A DNA stretch of 63,148 nucleotides, filler included, from Octopus bimaculoides (taxonomy: Eukaryota): assembly GCF_001194135.2 (NCBI RefSeq). It is 5 parts of 4 records of this genome, joined end to end, with 100 filler letters (N's around TTAATTAATTAA, not from the genome) between each part and the next. Parts side by side here need not be neighbours in the genome. Positions count along the whole stretch, not along the records: positions 1 to 21,090 come from NC_068986.1; positions 21,191 to 38,727 come from NC_068992.1; 3 more parts are not named here. One strand, 5' to 3'. Position numbers and translations under genes: made by a program. Shown here in pieces: positions 11,934 through 25,297 of the stretch; position 1 is the stretch's first letter, and each line of letters begins with the position of its first letter. A model generated the notes under the pieces. That model was not told where the DNA came from. It did no database searches and saw only the letters and a list, made by a program, of their open reading frames with translations.

Positions 11934-13204
11934 TATTACGATTTTCATCTAATAAAGATGATGGCGATGATAATGATATTTATTAGCTACAAAGGGCGAA
12001 ATGACTATATCTGAAGCCAGGGTTTAGTCACTCCATAACTCTTGACTGAGAACAATGCAAATATTCCAGACAACGTTGAAACTGCAGCAAGCAGTGCCTT
12101 TGGGATAACAACCACTGAAATCTTCCGGTGTTGTCGATTTTTTCTGTCTTCTTGCTTTTCCAAATTCTCGGGGAAGAAATTCTGCAAAAATCTTTCGATT
12201 GTGTTAGTTTAACAGCTGGGATTTCTACCCTGCTCGCAATTCTTTGTTAACAACAGCTTGCAATCAGAAAGTGGACCTAACCATTGATCTTGAAGTGGTC
12301 AGAAGAACTTGCAAGCTCCACGCGATGCCACTTTAACCACATGTCATTCAAACTTTGTATCCATCCGTATTGTGCTACAAAGGTGACGCCGAATCAAGGA
12401 CCAGGGTCACTGTCAGTGGTCTTGAATGTCATTTGTTTCATTTGCACTGGCGCCTGAACTGAGGTACAAGCTTATGGTGAGCCGGTTGTCGTACTATCTC
12501 ACCTCATCGTTTTGCATCTCACACAGATCTGTAATTCAGCCAAGCTCTTCCTCAAATTGTTTTTAGAGGCCATACAAAACTGCTTCTGTTTTCCTCGAAT
12601 TACTCCTACGTAAAGCATTCTTCTAACCTGCACTTGGATAGATTCGTCGGGCAAGGAGATAGAATCCTTTGTTACACACTCCAACCACATTGATTTCTCT
12701 GACTTCGCTCTGTCTCTGCCTTAAGTTTGTTTCTCGGGCGCGTAACATATAAAAAAAAGTGTGCTGTTGTAGTCATTACTCTTGTTGATTTAAAATTAAG
12801 AGAATTGTGAAAATAGCTCACATTGATATTCAAAATATGAAATACATCATTATTGTCGTCTTTCAAAACGCTAGTACTATCTTTTAAGATATTTTTTGGC
12901 TATCTTATTTTTCTTTTTCTTTTATTCTGTTTACGACACAGCTGTCAATGCTTTTTGTTTGTTTCCGGGGCGTGTCTGACCGATAATTTCTTTTGAATAT
13001 CAGATAACAAATAAGTGTTCAAAATGTCTTTGTTTTCTTTTCCTTTTTTTTTTAGCCCATTGGCAAAACAATTAATCAAAATAAACGCTAACGTTTCTTT
13101 GTATTAATTCCAACTATTTAATATAGAAAGAGTCATCCAATTTTGAAGATTAAATCACGAAAAGCAATCCAGAACGAGAGCACTGACGAAGACAACACAA
13201 TTTG

Positions 13205-13268
<64 letters not shown>

Positions 13269-13377
13269 CATAAAAAAAAATAATAATTATGATGATGATG
13301 ATGATGATGATGATAATAATGATGATGATGATGATGATGAAGAAGATTATGATAACAACAACAACAACAACAACAAC

Positions 13378-13416
<39 letters not shown>

Positions 13417-13519
13417 TTATGATGATGATGATGATGATAATAATGATGATGATGATGATGAAGATTATGATAACAACAACAACAACAACAACAACAACAA
13501 TAATAATAATAATAATGAT

Positions 13520-13925
13520 TTCTTTTATTTGTCACAGGGACATCAGCTGAGGGGAACATTACAAGGACAGCTAACAATTTGTGCGGGGTTTTACATAGAA
13601 GATGGTTGGAGTAGGGTGAAGAAAAGGAAAAAAAGGGAGAGGAAATGAAAGTACACATAGTGTACAAATTAAATGAATGCATCTATTATGCAGTCCTGCT
13701 GACACAGCAAAACCTCTAGTTAGGGTCAACAAGGAACCCCACGGATCCAGCCTCAATCTGAGTACCGAGGGCATACATTTCCACTCCAATGTTGCTCTCC
13801 AATCAACAGGAACACGCTTAGATTAGACCAATCTACTAGAATCATTTTTGCCACAATCATCAATTCTTTGACAAATTTACTGGGAGAGAGATCTTCTCTC
13901 TCTTTCCTCACTTTCCCTCCCGAGT
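13520..13925 (-). mobile_element. Probable LINE 3' end (possibly L1/Tx1-like)
   Basis: The minus strand reads GKVRKEREDLSPSK..KR.MIVAKM followed by a UTR-like tail. It is flanked by (AAT)n tracts. Family assignment is weak. Confidence 0.35.
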
Positions 13926-13926
13926 G

Positions 13927-14002
<76 letters not shown>

Positions 14003-14152
14003 TTCTTATTTTAGTACAAGTCTGTAGATTGAGAGGAAGTCAATTACNNNNNNNNNNNNNNNNNNNNNNNNNNNNNNNNNNNNNNNNNNNNNNNNNNNNN
14101 NNNNNNNNNNNNNNNNNNNNNNNNNNNNNNNNNNNNNNNNNNNNNNNNNNNN

Positions 14153-14378
14153 TGTGTGTGTGTGTGAGTGTGTGTCTGTTTGTGTGTGTGTGTGTGTGTC
14201 TTTTTGTTTGTGTTTGTCATCCAACACCGCTTGACATAATAAATACTAGGGCTTAAAAAACAAAAACAAAAAAGACAGAATGTTATGGTTGATTCATTCG
14301 ACTAAAACTTCTTCAAGGTGATGCCCCAGCATGGCCGTAGTACAATGACTGAAGCAAGTAAGAGATAAAAGATAAAGT
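14153..14378 (+). mobile_element. SINE family B 3' half
   Basis: CCGCTTGACA...GGTGATGCCCCAGCATGGCCGTAG...AATGACTGAA...AAAAGATAAA. Confidence 0.75.
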
Positions 14379-14962
14379 GCAATGTTAGATAAAATATTTT
14401 TGAAATTCCACAAAGATTTCAAACTGAATTAAAATCGATCTGAAATAAAACCTCTGTCAAAACTGCAGATCGTCTGCGAAACCCATAAATCCATAAACCC
14501 AGTTTTGAATTCGTTATGAGGGTGATTAGACGTAAAGCATATCTAGATATGATAGATACAGTCATTAAAAAGGAATCTTGAAAAGGAACCTTCTCGTCTG
14601 ACACCCAAATCGTAAAATAGTTATTCATAAAATATAAAGATAATGGAGATAGAAGTAGAAAGTGTACACAAAATATATGCATCTGAAAAATATTTGAAGT
14701 AAAACCCTAAAAAACAAAGTGGTAATTGACAGAGCAAAAAAGACCAGAAAAAACTGTATAATTGCAGTAGAAAACAGAATTTTCAAAATGGAAAAAGATC
14801 AGATTTAACACGAGGAAATCGATGGTACGCGGGGAATAAAATCTGATGATAAAAAAATGTCCTACAATAAAAGAGTTCAAAAGAATCGAATTTTAAACTG
14901 TATGGAGATAACATTCTGCTGAAGTGAGTCTTTAAAGCTTTCGATAAAATAGTAGATAATAA

Positions 14963-15571
14963 GGTTCTTTTTTAAAACGGGGGCCACATTTTTCATTAAT
15001 GTTTTACGTAGTGTTTTTGGTACCGAAAGACTTTCAAACTTCATATACTTATCTATTTTGTGTTATAGAACAGAAAAATATTTTTGTATTCGAATTTATT
15101 TCATGTAAAAAATTGTCTTATTTCGATAATTTCAACCAATCACTGACAAGTATTCAGTCGTTTACATTTACTCCTTTGGCTGATTAAGCCATAGCTTCGT
15201 TTTATTTACTTTTTTCATTTTAAATTTGCTTTTTTCATTTTCTTTTTTTTTCTTCGTTTTATTTGCTTTTTTCTTTTTAAATTTGCTGTTTTACCCTAAC
15301 CCTAACCCTAACCCTAACCCTATCACCGATAGAATTGTTTCAGAATCGTTTGTTTATGTAGTCGGCACTTAATGTATATCGGCTGAATGGACGTCAGTGA
15401 TTGGTTGAAATTACAGAAATACGACAACTTTAACATGGAATAACTTATGGATTTCTTTTTTTTAAAGAAGACTAAGAGAAAAAGATGTTTTATATGACAC
15501 ATTCTACCAGTGTTCCAAGTTTCAAAGTGTTTCGTTAATGAAAAATGTGGCCCCCGTTTTAAAAAAGACCC
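14963..15571. mobile_element. Non-autonomous inverted-repeat element (MITE-like) with internal (CCCTAA)n
   Basis: Terminal IR TCTTTTTTAAAACGGGGGCCACATTTTTCATTAA and its reverse complement. Internal IR AATTTCAACCAATCACTGAC at 15128-47 and 15393-412. (CCCTAA)4 CCCTAT at 15294-15323. Confidence 0.8.
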
Positions 15572-15859
15572 GACAATAATCATAGTCATTTAAGTTGATA
15601 TTTGGATTCTGGGAAAACTGTAAAAAGAAGCTTGTGATAACGGGGAAGGTTATCACAATTATTATCATTCATTTCTCATACTGGCACCAAGATAAATATT
15701 TGTTGAATTTGAACCTATAAATACCTGGTTTGGTGTATAAAATGTCGAATGTGGTAAGATAAAAAAATATAATAGGATGAGCTTGGAATAAAAACTCAAA
15801 GGAACGAGTTAACATAGGATCCCCTGACGACAATTTTACCTGTTTATATTATAAAATAA

Positions 15860-16960
15860 ATAAAGGTAAATTACCACGTAGGAGTAAAAATGGGGGAATT
15901 ACTTGGTACACCCCTCCCCATTTTCAATAAATGTTAAAGGATTAGCAAAAACAATTTCTAAACATAGTCAAAAATAGTTTTCCTAATAATCATAAGTATC
16001 ACCACATATTTAATAGATCAACAATTAAAATATCTTTTTCTGCATTGCCGAGCATAAGATCAATTATCGCTAGCTCTAATAGACGAAAACGTAATAAATA
16101 TATAGTTTAAGAAATAATACTAACAACTATAATACTAGCAATGAAATATACGATAGTCCTAGAACATCAAATAATACTCAATATAATACCAGTTCAATAG
16201 ATAACATTACGAAAGTACATAGCAATACTATAACATTAACAAAATCTCAGCAAAGTTCCAATAATTATTCATTCCAAAATATGCAAACCACTGGATATGA
16301 CAGGACTTTAGATAATCCAATACTACAATCTAATAACAATAGTAATATAGAAACAGTAAATTTACCTAATTCTAATATGAATAATTTCGCAATAAATTCA
16401 AATATAACACCACACACCATAACAAATAATTATACCACACAACAGAAACATACAACTAAATATTGCACATGAAAAGATAAAAAAAATCGTGTCTTTTAGA
16501 AGGTTCAACGTTATATATAAGTGTACTGTTACAAAAACTGCTAACTCACACAATAAGGTATATATAGGGAGACCTATTAACTTTAAGCTAAGATTTTTAG
16601 CACATATAGATTCATTTAAACCGAATATGACGAATAACTCTACTTCATTGGCTACATATATGCATAAACACAAACAACAACAACAAAAAAAAACGTTAAC
16701 TATAAATTATCCTGGTTAGTTATTGACTCAGCTGCACCATATACACAAATCTTCAATCTGTCGTCTTTGTACAAAAGAATCGCTATACATATTATTATAT
16801 AAGCAAATTAATTTAATTAATTACCAATCGCAATCATTATCCACGTGTAGACATAGGTTTTATACAACTTTTAAATACTATAAGAGATCATAAATATAAG
16901 ATTCACATTAATATCTTTTATTTGATATTGTGGTATCATAATAAAATTGTAGAGTTGTTG
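15860..16960 (+). mobile_element. Penelope-like element remnant (RT thumb/linker and GIY-YIG)
   Basis: ITWYTPP, FLNIVKNSFPNNHKYHHIFNRSTIKISFSALPSIRSII, then NVIYKCTVT..KVYIG..FKLRFLAHIDSF..NSTSLATY, CRLCTKESLYIL, STCRH. Multiple frameshifts. Confidence 0.8.
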
Positions 16961-17929
16961 TAAGTGAGAAAATAGAAACTTAAAATTGAATTATTTTAGA
17001 TTGTACACATGTTCACTTCATATAAATTATCCATTGGATGAATGCCAGAAATGTCTTCTTGAAACTTGAACCTGTACACCTCTAATGTGCAACAAACATA
17101 GAACACATTAATTTATTCTATATTGGATCAGTACACGGCTATTTTTACATTTGTATAAAATATGATAATGATATCTTCCAGTTTTGTATGTATAGCTATA
17201 AAAACACTTATGGATTCCATGCTGTGAATGTTTTTGTTACAAAGGTCAGTAAGGTGAATTAATTGTGTTATTGTTAAGTGTTGCGTCGTTTGACGTTTGT
17301 TTTTGCTGTCTCACTATAGTTTTGTTGACGTGTCCCCCCTTGGTTGAAGGGTGGACACGTATTTTTAAAATGTATCGATTACATACTGACGAGAAAAGGA
17401 ATTATGGTACTTCTATCTGCACACAACCATCATGCATTACTACAAAGAGTTTTACCATGGATTTATATTATTTTTTCAAACCTTTTAGCTCAAGTTTGTA
17501 CCAATACACATCTATACCAGTAACCTTTCAAACAACACCTTTATCATACAATTTTAAATAGCATCTCTCTCATTCGATAGACTACACAGAGATGTATCTT
17601 TCTCTCTGACCAGTGGATGTATTACCTAATAATGATTATCACTTTTGGATTTCATTTGGAAGGGTAATACATTCATGAAACGATCGTAAGATATCTCAAA
17701 CCCTTTTAAGTAATCATACTTTATATATTTAACTATTAATACAATATTATTTATATTATGGACGGATATCTTCTCAGATTTTTTGATGTAATTTTTCCTG
17801 CTTTCACTTTATAATATATAATCGCTCTAACTGAATCTTTAAATACCTTTAAGATTTTAGACGTTTCTCATACCAAGAGCACTTATCTGAATTCCAGTTC
17901 ACTTTATTCTCAACGAATTTATTAATATT

Positions 17930-18150
17930 TATTTATATATCACGTGATCACGTGACGGACCAGGCTATCAGCTGTTCTTACACATCGATGGTCACAATTC
18001 GCTTTTGCGTTGTTTTAGTCTTCAGATGATGGCACCCTGCAGGATCGAAAGGGGAACTGGAGCAAGAAGAAATGAAGTGTCTTGCTCAAGAACACAACGC
18101 ACCACCCAATTAGGGAATAAAACCCTCGATCACCAGCCTAAACACTAATC
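17930..18150 (-). mobile_element. SINE fragment with TTGAGCAAGACACTT box
   Basis: GAACTGGAGCAA..AAATGAAGTGTCTTGCTCAAGAACACAACGC, also seen at 58480-58530. Confidence 0.7.
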
Positions 18151-18506
18151 CACGTACACTATCTACACCCACGCGCGCGCGCGCGTACGTATGTATGTAT
18201 GTATGTATGTATGTACGGATGTATGTACGTACGTATGGATGTATGTATTTATTCGTCATCATTAACAACGATAACTCCTGAAAAAAAATTAAACTGCAAA
18301 AACACTGACAAGCCAATCAATAGATATCAAAGAATTTGTAAGAAGAACTAATTAATTGACAAAATTAATTAGTCGTTTTAAGGTTAATGGCCAGAAAGTG
18401 TCACACAAAGTGTATACTGAGGAGCTGAGAGAAGGAAAAGGAAAAGAGGTGTCGAATCTAAGTAGATATACTTCAATTAAAAGACGTCTTTGTGAAGCAT
18501 AATAAT

Positions 18507-18720
18507 CCTTTCTACTATAGGCACAAGGCCTGAAATTTTGGGGGAGAGGGCTAGTCGATTGCGTCGACCCCAGTGCGTAACTGGTACTTATTTAATCGAC
18601 TTCGAAAGGATGAAAGGAAAATTCGACCTCGGCGGAATTTGAACTCAGAACATTAAGACAGACGAAATACCGCTAAGAATTTCGCCCTGCGCGCTAACGT
18701 TTCTGCCAGCTCACCGCCTT
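18507..18720 (-). mobile_element. SINE family A copy
   Basis: Full-length match to the family A consensus. Confidence 0.9.
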
Positions 18721-18736
18721 ATATGTAACATATATC

Positions 18737-18944
18737 CTGTTCTACTCTAGGCAGAAGGCCCGAAATTTTGGGGGAAGGGGCCAGTCGATTAGATCGACCC
18801 AAATGCGCAACTCGTTCTTAATCGACACCGAAAGGATGAATGGCAAAGTCGACCTCGGTGGAATGCGAACTCAGAACATAGACAGACGAAATACTGCTAA
18901 GTATTTCGCGCGGCGTGCGAACGTTTCTGCCAGCTCGCCGGCTT
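18737..18944 (-). mobile_element. SINE family A copy with 16-bp flanking direct repeat
   Basis: Full-length copy. ATATGTAACATATATC occurs at 18721-36 and 18945-60. Confidence 0.9.
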
Positions 18945-19658
18945 ATATGTAACATATATCAGCATAAAGCTGGATGCACACATGCTTGTGTGCATAGTTC
19001 AAATTATAGACCAAAATTTTGCCACTCGAGAGCCGACATAATGTAAATGGTAAATCATTTCAAAGACAAGAATTATAGATCATGCAGATTATGTGACATT
19101 TGCCGATACCAGCCGACTATACCCGCGTTAACTGAAAGCCTCAGAAAAAAATTTAAAATCACGTAACTTACAATCTTCTTTCACGTCATAGCATTATTAA
19201 ATTGTTTTCAATTCGAAAATAAAATAAATATACAGGTAAATAAATAAAAATAAATGCCTTCAGCGTTTTCGAAATCATAACCGACCAGACATTCTTGTAA
19301 TATTACCCTAGCATGTTATTCACGAGGCTATTTCATATCTGACTAGTTTCTGCTTCGCCTCTCTTCTTCACCGTTGATATATTAATCACGACTGACGTGT
19401 TACCAAGCAAATTAACTCTCGAGGAGGCTGTGTATTTGTTCTGTATTTCTTTCTGATTTACTCTCTATTCCGCCACGGCTTTTTATTAGATTCCCTACCG
19501 CTGATCATCAAACTCACGTTTCTCTAATTTATATCTAACGTTGTAACAATGCAAAAGGAAAAGGAAAAGAGAAAACAGATCTATATGTGCATATAGGCAT
19601 TCACACATACACTGACAGACATTAAAACATATGCATTTCTATACGCATATAGACATGT

Positions 19659-19696
<38 letters not shown>

Positions 19697-20071
19697 GAAT
19701 GTATATGTGCGTGTATACGTATATGTGTGTATATATATATATATATGGATATATATGTATATATATGTGTGTGTATATGCATGTGTATACGTATATGTGT
19801 GCATATATATATATATATATATGCATATATGTGTACGCGTGTATATATATGTGTATGTGTATGTATACGTGTGCATATATATATACGTGTGTGTGTGTAT
19901 GTGTAAGCTTATTTATATAGATATAAATATATATATATACACATATGTATACATACTGACATAAACTTACACATACACACACATGTAAATACATTGATGT
20001 ATAAATGTGTATACACATGTATTTATATATTTATATATATACATATATCTTTTTATCTATCTATTCATATC

Positions 20072-20116
<45 letters not shown>

Positions 20117-20750
20117 ATATGTATGTATATATATATAAATATACACATATATATATTTTATATACGAGTGCGTACGTGTGGGTCTGTGCGTGCATATGTG
20201 TATGTGTTCGTGAACCTGGTAGGAAGATAGGTTAAATTTTCTAGTGGGGAACGTACAAATGTATTAAGACATAACAACCAGATTAAGGAAATATTTTGAA
20301 AAAATTCAAAACAAAACAAACCAACAAATTATTCGGGCTTTAAGCTAAAATCTAAAGAAAAAAAAAATATTAACAAATGAAATTTTAAACAATTTGAATT
20401 TTCTACGTAATTTTCTTGTCACTTAACTCTTGCCTTTTAATAAGCCTATAGCCTCACCAGCAGTTAGTTTCTAATAATTTATCTTAAAAATAATATTACT
20501 ACATTTTATTCCAATTGTACTTCCGTTAAAACAACTAAATTGCTATTCAAAATGGCGGTTATAGTCTGTTTTGTAGTTTCTGTAGAAGTTCGTGATACAA
20601 AACTCGGTTAAATACCCAGGATTTTTAATTAAAAGAGGTAGATTATAATTAATCAAATCTGAAATTTGTTCTGACTTTTTAAAATTTTAGTTAAGCTGAT
20701 GCATTGTGTCCTACCGAGAAAGCATAATCTACCGAGAAAGCATATATATA

Positions 20751-21090
20751 CAGGGGTTGGACAAAATAATGGAACCACTTCAAAATTTCAAACAAATTTA
20801 CTTTGATATGGGGTTGGACCGCCTTTGGCAGTAATTACTGCTTAAATTCTACGAGGTATGGACTCGTACAGAGTTTGAATTGTTTCCAAAGGAATTTTTG
20901 TCCATTCTTCAGCTAAAACAGTCTCCAGTTCTTGTAGCGATGATGGTGGAGGATATCCACTCCTTACTTGTTTTTCTAAAATGCACCATAAATGTTCAAT
21001 AATATTGAGATCTGGGTACTGTGGTGGCCAGATAAGATGTTCAACTTCACTAGAATGTTCCTCGTGCCATTCACTAACAACTTTAGCTGT
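20751..21090 (-). mobile_element. Tc1 (DD34E-type) element end with transposase C-terminus
   Basis: TA|CAGGGGTTGGACAAAATAATGGAACCAC is a Tc1-type TIR. The minus strand reads VVSEWHEEHSSEVEHLIWPPQYPDLNIIEHLWCILEKQVR...AVITAKGGPTPY. The element is cut by the gap at 21091. Confidence 0.9.
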
Positions 21091-21190
21091 NNNNNNNNNN
21101 NNNNNNNNNNNNNNNNNNNNNNNNNNNNNNNNNNTTAATTAATTAANNNNNNNNNNNNNNNNNNNNNNNNNNNNNNNNNNNNNNNNNNNN
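21091..21190. other. Assembly gap placeholder N44-TTAATTAATTAA-N44 (also 38728-38827, 51847-51946, 58667-58766)
   Basis: An identical 100-bp structure occurs four times. The 12-mer puts stops in all six frames. Confidence 0.95.
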
Positions 21191-21223
<33 letters not shown>

Positions 21224-21412
21224 CCCCTGCCATCGCTTGTCAAACGATGCTAGTGCGTTTATGTCGCCGTAACGTAGCAGTTTAGCAAAAGATTCTGGCA
21301 TAATAAGTATTAGGATTACAAAGAATAAGTCGTAGGATCGATTTCTTCGACTAAAACGTCTTAAGACGGTGCTCCAACATGGCTGCAGTCAAATGATTGA
21401 AATGGTAGCTAA
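21191..21412 (+). mobile_element. SINE family B 3' half
   Basis: CCATCGCTTG..GGTGCTCCAACATGGCTGCAGTCAAATGATTGAAA. Confidence 0.8.
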
Positions 21413-22208
21413 AAAGTTAAAAAAATATATGTATGTATGCATGCATGTATGTATGTATGTATGTATGTATGTATGTATGTATGTATGTATGTATGTATGT
21501 ATGTATGCATGTATATCTATCTGTATATGTGTGTGTGTGTGTGTATGTGTATGTAGGTAGGTAGGTAGGTAGATAGGTAGGTAGGTAGGTTGGTAGGTAA
21601 TAATGAAACTTACAAGCCATGTGAAATACGGCTACCCGGGGTTTCCTGGTCGAAAGTTGATAATAACAAAACCATTTTATAGTTCTTTTGAAAGCATACA
21701 TTTGAACAATGACCGGTCATAAGGAAGCAGACAGAAAAGAAAGCACGAGAGAGCTAACCAATATTACAACGAATATATGTCAAGAATACGTAATGAGATA
21801 AGAGTGGTTTAAGATGTGCTCGGTGGTCTATGTTTAATTTCTGCCAAGACGTATTTATTAAAATGCGGACATGTGGAATATATCTTATTCCTCAAATTTA
21901 CGCAGCCATTCACTGCTCTTAAGTTGTTTAAAAGATGTAGTTTTTCGGGAGAACAAATCGAACATGCTTTTGACCCGTTAATATAAGTTTTGATTTTTCG
22001 ACCTTTAGACACAGTGAGAAGAAACATACAACACTCACGGCATTAATCTAGAAGCTTAAAGACGAAGGGATTAAATACGACATTGACTGGAAAAATCTGT
22101 TCCAAAACTAAACATTATCTTTACTGTCTCAGATGATCGAGTGCTATTCTACATATTGAAGCCTTACCACACAGTATATGTGTATGCGTCTGCCTGTGTG
22201 CGCGTGTG

Positions 22209-22269
<61 letters not shown>

Positions 22270-25200
22270 GTATGTATATCTATCTATGTATATAAATTCT
22301 TGATTTCTTTGCAAAATTAAGTAGAAGAAAGCATATAAACATATCTTTAGTTTTACTGCAGGTTTCGTTCGTCACTACACTTTCATGCACCTCGCAGTAC
22401 TGCAAATTTAACTATACTTCGAGAATATAGGTTTTGTAACTTATATTACTAATTGTGTTGGAAGTATAATTGTCCAAGAATACGCAATTGCAAACGAAAA
22501 GTTCGTTTTGTATTACTCAGCACGCAAAAGGAAAAAGGTTTAGCTAGGAGACAAACATGGCCGTGTCTTAGACTCATTATGGATGCAACATCAAAGTATA
22601 TTCTTCATCATTCTTGCTTAAATATTTATGGGAGAATGGCTTGGCGAATTCTATGCAACTCGATATATTCTTGTTTACTTATTTAGTGTTTTTTCCCATC
22701 GGTAAGTATGGTGAAGTTGGGCATCACTGATGAATTCTTAACATAACCGAAGCATATCATATTAAGGATACACTAAATGCTGGAGTCGGAATAGTTCATC
22801 TACATAAGTTGGATTTTCTCAGTTTTCACCGGAATCTTTAATTTGTTTTTCGCACCGTACACTTCAAAATGTTGGGGAGGCCTTTTATAAAAAAAATTAA
22901 ATACATGATCTGTTTAAACACCGTTTCCTCTCTCACCTGCCCCTACCATAGTAACTTCTAGAAATCATCGCCATTAGAATATTATCCCCTCCTTATATTC
23001 CATATTCTGAAACACATGTAATTCAAATTTTTAGATGAAAAAATAATTGAAATCCATGTATTAAAAGCCCCACCACCACACCAAAAAAATTAACTGCAAC
23101 TAGCATGAAAAAGACTTTTTTTTCGTTAGTTTTATTCATTTTATTATATTCCACGTTCTGAAACATGGAATTCACATGTAAAGCAAAACAACAAATAAAT
23201 TATTATCCGCCTCCCATCGTGCCTTTCTCGACTGAAATATTTTCTTTTTGCTTATTTTTGCTGTTTTTCTTTCATTCTCTTGCCACGTTGTAAAAACGTT
23301 TTTCTTTACAACATAGAAATTGAATCAACACTTACCATATTTACGTTGATTCCCATGAAATTTAATTTCATATACTATTTTTCAGCACTCAAGATAAATA
23401 AGCAGAAATAAATATTAGGCCTAATATTTAGGACAAGGAGCTGTTGCGAGAAACTATTATCATGAAAGCAAGAGATATTTTCGGTCTTATACTTTTCTTA
23501 AATTAAAAATATTATTTTATACATTTTCAAATACTGAAATTAATTTTTTTGTTTTTAATTGCGAAAAGTACAATGAAGAGGGTTGTAAGAATTCTTATTG
23601 TGGTTGCTGTTATTTTTTGTGGGATGGTTGTCAACTGTTAAAATACATGAATTAAAATTGTTTCCCTCTAAACCTTACATATGTTTCAGAATATGGAAAA
23701 TAACGCTATAGAAAACATTAATAGGGGGGAAAATTAATAGTGAGATAGGCGTGAAGGTACGAAGATGGAAGAAAGAGGAGCGACGTTTAAAGCAATAATG
23801 GATTAAAATTATCTATGTAAATGGCTTTTCGCATCATTTTGAAATGCTTGCTTAACAAAAACTAAAAGAAAGAAAAATCCTGTTTAAGCAGAGACAATCA
23901 AACTTACGTGGGTGAGCTATTCCGAAACTACTCCATCTCGGCAAACAATAGTAAAAATATATGAAAATAGAGATTGTATATCAGCTATCAAATATTGTTC
24001 ACTGTGCTCATATGTTAGTGTTTTACTTAAATGATTGAGATTTATTATATCGGCAAATGAAAAAATATGTATTTGTATTTTATTCGCAACCCCTCAACCA
24101 CAGAAGTGATAGATGATCGCCACATACTGCCATATCATGAACTTTGAGTATATAATTCGCGATGTTTTAATCTTTAGTTTGGTGTTCCTTGTGAATTGTA
24201 TAGAATTATCAACGCCATTCTAATTACATCATTCCGTGTTGGACAGTCAATAATCTACCCACAGATTTCATATATTTATTACTCTCTTAAATGCCATAGA
24301 AAAACAGAGTAAGCTATTGTGTTTATGCAAGCTGGAATGTTTTAGAAGAAAATGACAAACATGCAGATGAAAGTTAAAGACAACAAAATCCTGAGAAATA
24401 TGACAGCAGACGCCGTGAAAGGAATTTTGGAAGGAGTAATAGATATTACAAAGTTTGTCAATTTTTCAACAGTTTAGTGAAATAAATATGTGAGCTCTGA
24501 ACTGAAACTATGTTATACGCCCCGTTTGCTGAAAGTTATTATATTAGCTCTAACGCGACTCGTATACAAGGGTTTAAGAATGTTTATGGTGATCTAGTTG
24601 CCGCTAAAATCAAAGTAAGGCGCAAATTCCGTTAATTAGAATTCTAACTCCACACTTTAACATTTAAATATGAAATGAGACATGACAACGAGAGGAGTCA
24701 CTAAAGTGAATCGGCGATGAAAATATTGGGTATTATGTGTGATGAGTGTAATTTTCTCCGACTTAACATAGTTACCAATCGATTACCCAATACTCTTGAT
24801 ATTCCACTAATTGACACTGAAAACTATAAAACAGAACTGCTTCGAATAATATTTCAAGCTTTCCAACTCCAAATGTTTTATGCATGGTACACTTTCCTAC
24901 TCATGTACTGGCATCAACTCCAAACATTCTAAAAGGTCTGAAAAATAATTCATTTCAGTCAAAAAGTGTTGTGAATTTACGAACGTTGATTCACAACTTA
25001 AAAACAAGCAGACAAAATTATGACTCGTATTCATGTGACCCATGAATTGAGAATATGCATATTTACGGGATATTTTGACATAATATTCCTTTGTAGAAGT
25101 CGAATAATATGCTCATAAGTTTGCACCTCTTAGTCTGTCTTCCTTAATTATTAAAGGAAAAAAATTGCTGAAACAAAAGTACATTTTCAAACATGAAAAA

Positions 25201-25297
25201 TTGTTTTAGCATTATTTGCAAGCATTTTTACTGTTATTCCCATTTCTTACATTAGGATAATTATTATAATTACTTACGTACAAGAAAATGTGATGAT

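Noticed and set aside
12000-12700. GC-richer block with faint resemblance to a CR1/L2-type RT C-terminus on the minus strand
   Set aside because: Motifs too decayed to call by eye; needs a BLASTX or HMM search.
15294-15323. (CCCTAA)n as a real telomere or chromosome-fusion scar
   Set aside because: Only about 5 units, embedded in an inverted-repeat element.
20711-20744. 16-bp direct repeat CTACCGAGAAAGCATA beside the Tc1 end as a TSD
   Set aside because: Both copies lie on the same side of the element and Tc1 makes TA TSDs; a small local duplication (similar trivial ones at 47173-47224 and about 7590-7625).
21135-21146. Recurrent TTAATTAATTAA palindrome as a biological motif
   Set aside because: Always centred in exactly 44+44 Ns; an assembly placeholder.
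24340-24480. Short protein-like frame KKMTNMQMKVKDNKILRNMTADAVKGILEG
   Set aside because: Weak splice signals and no recognisable homology.
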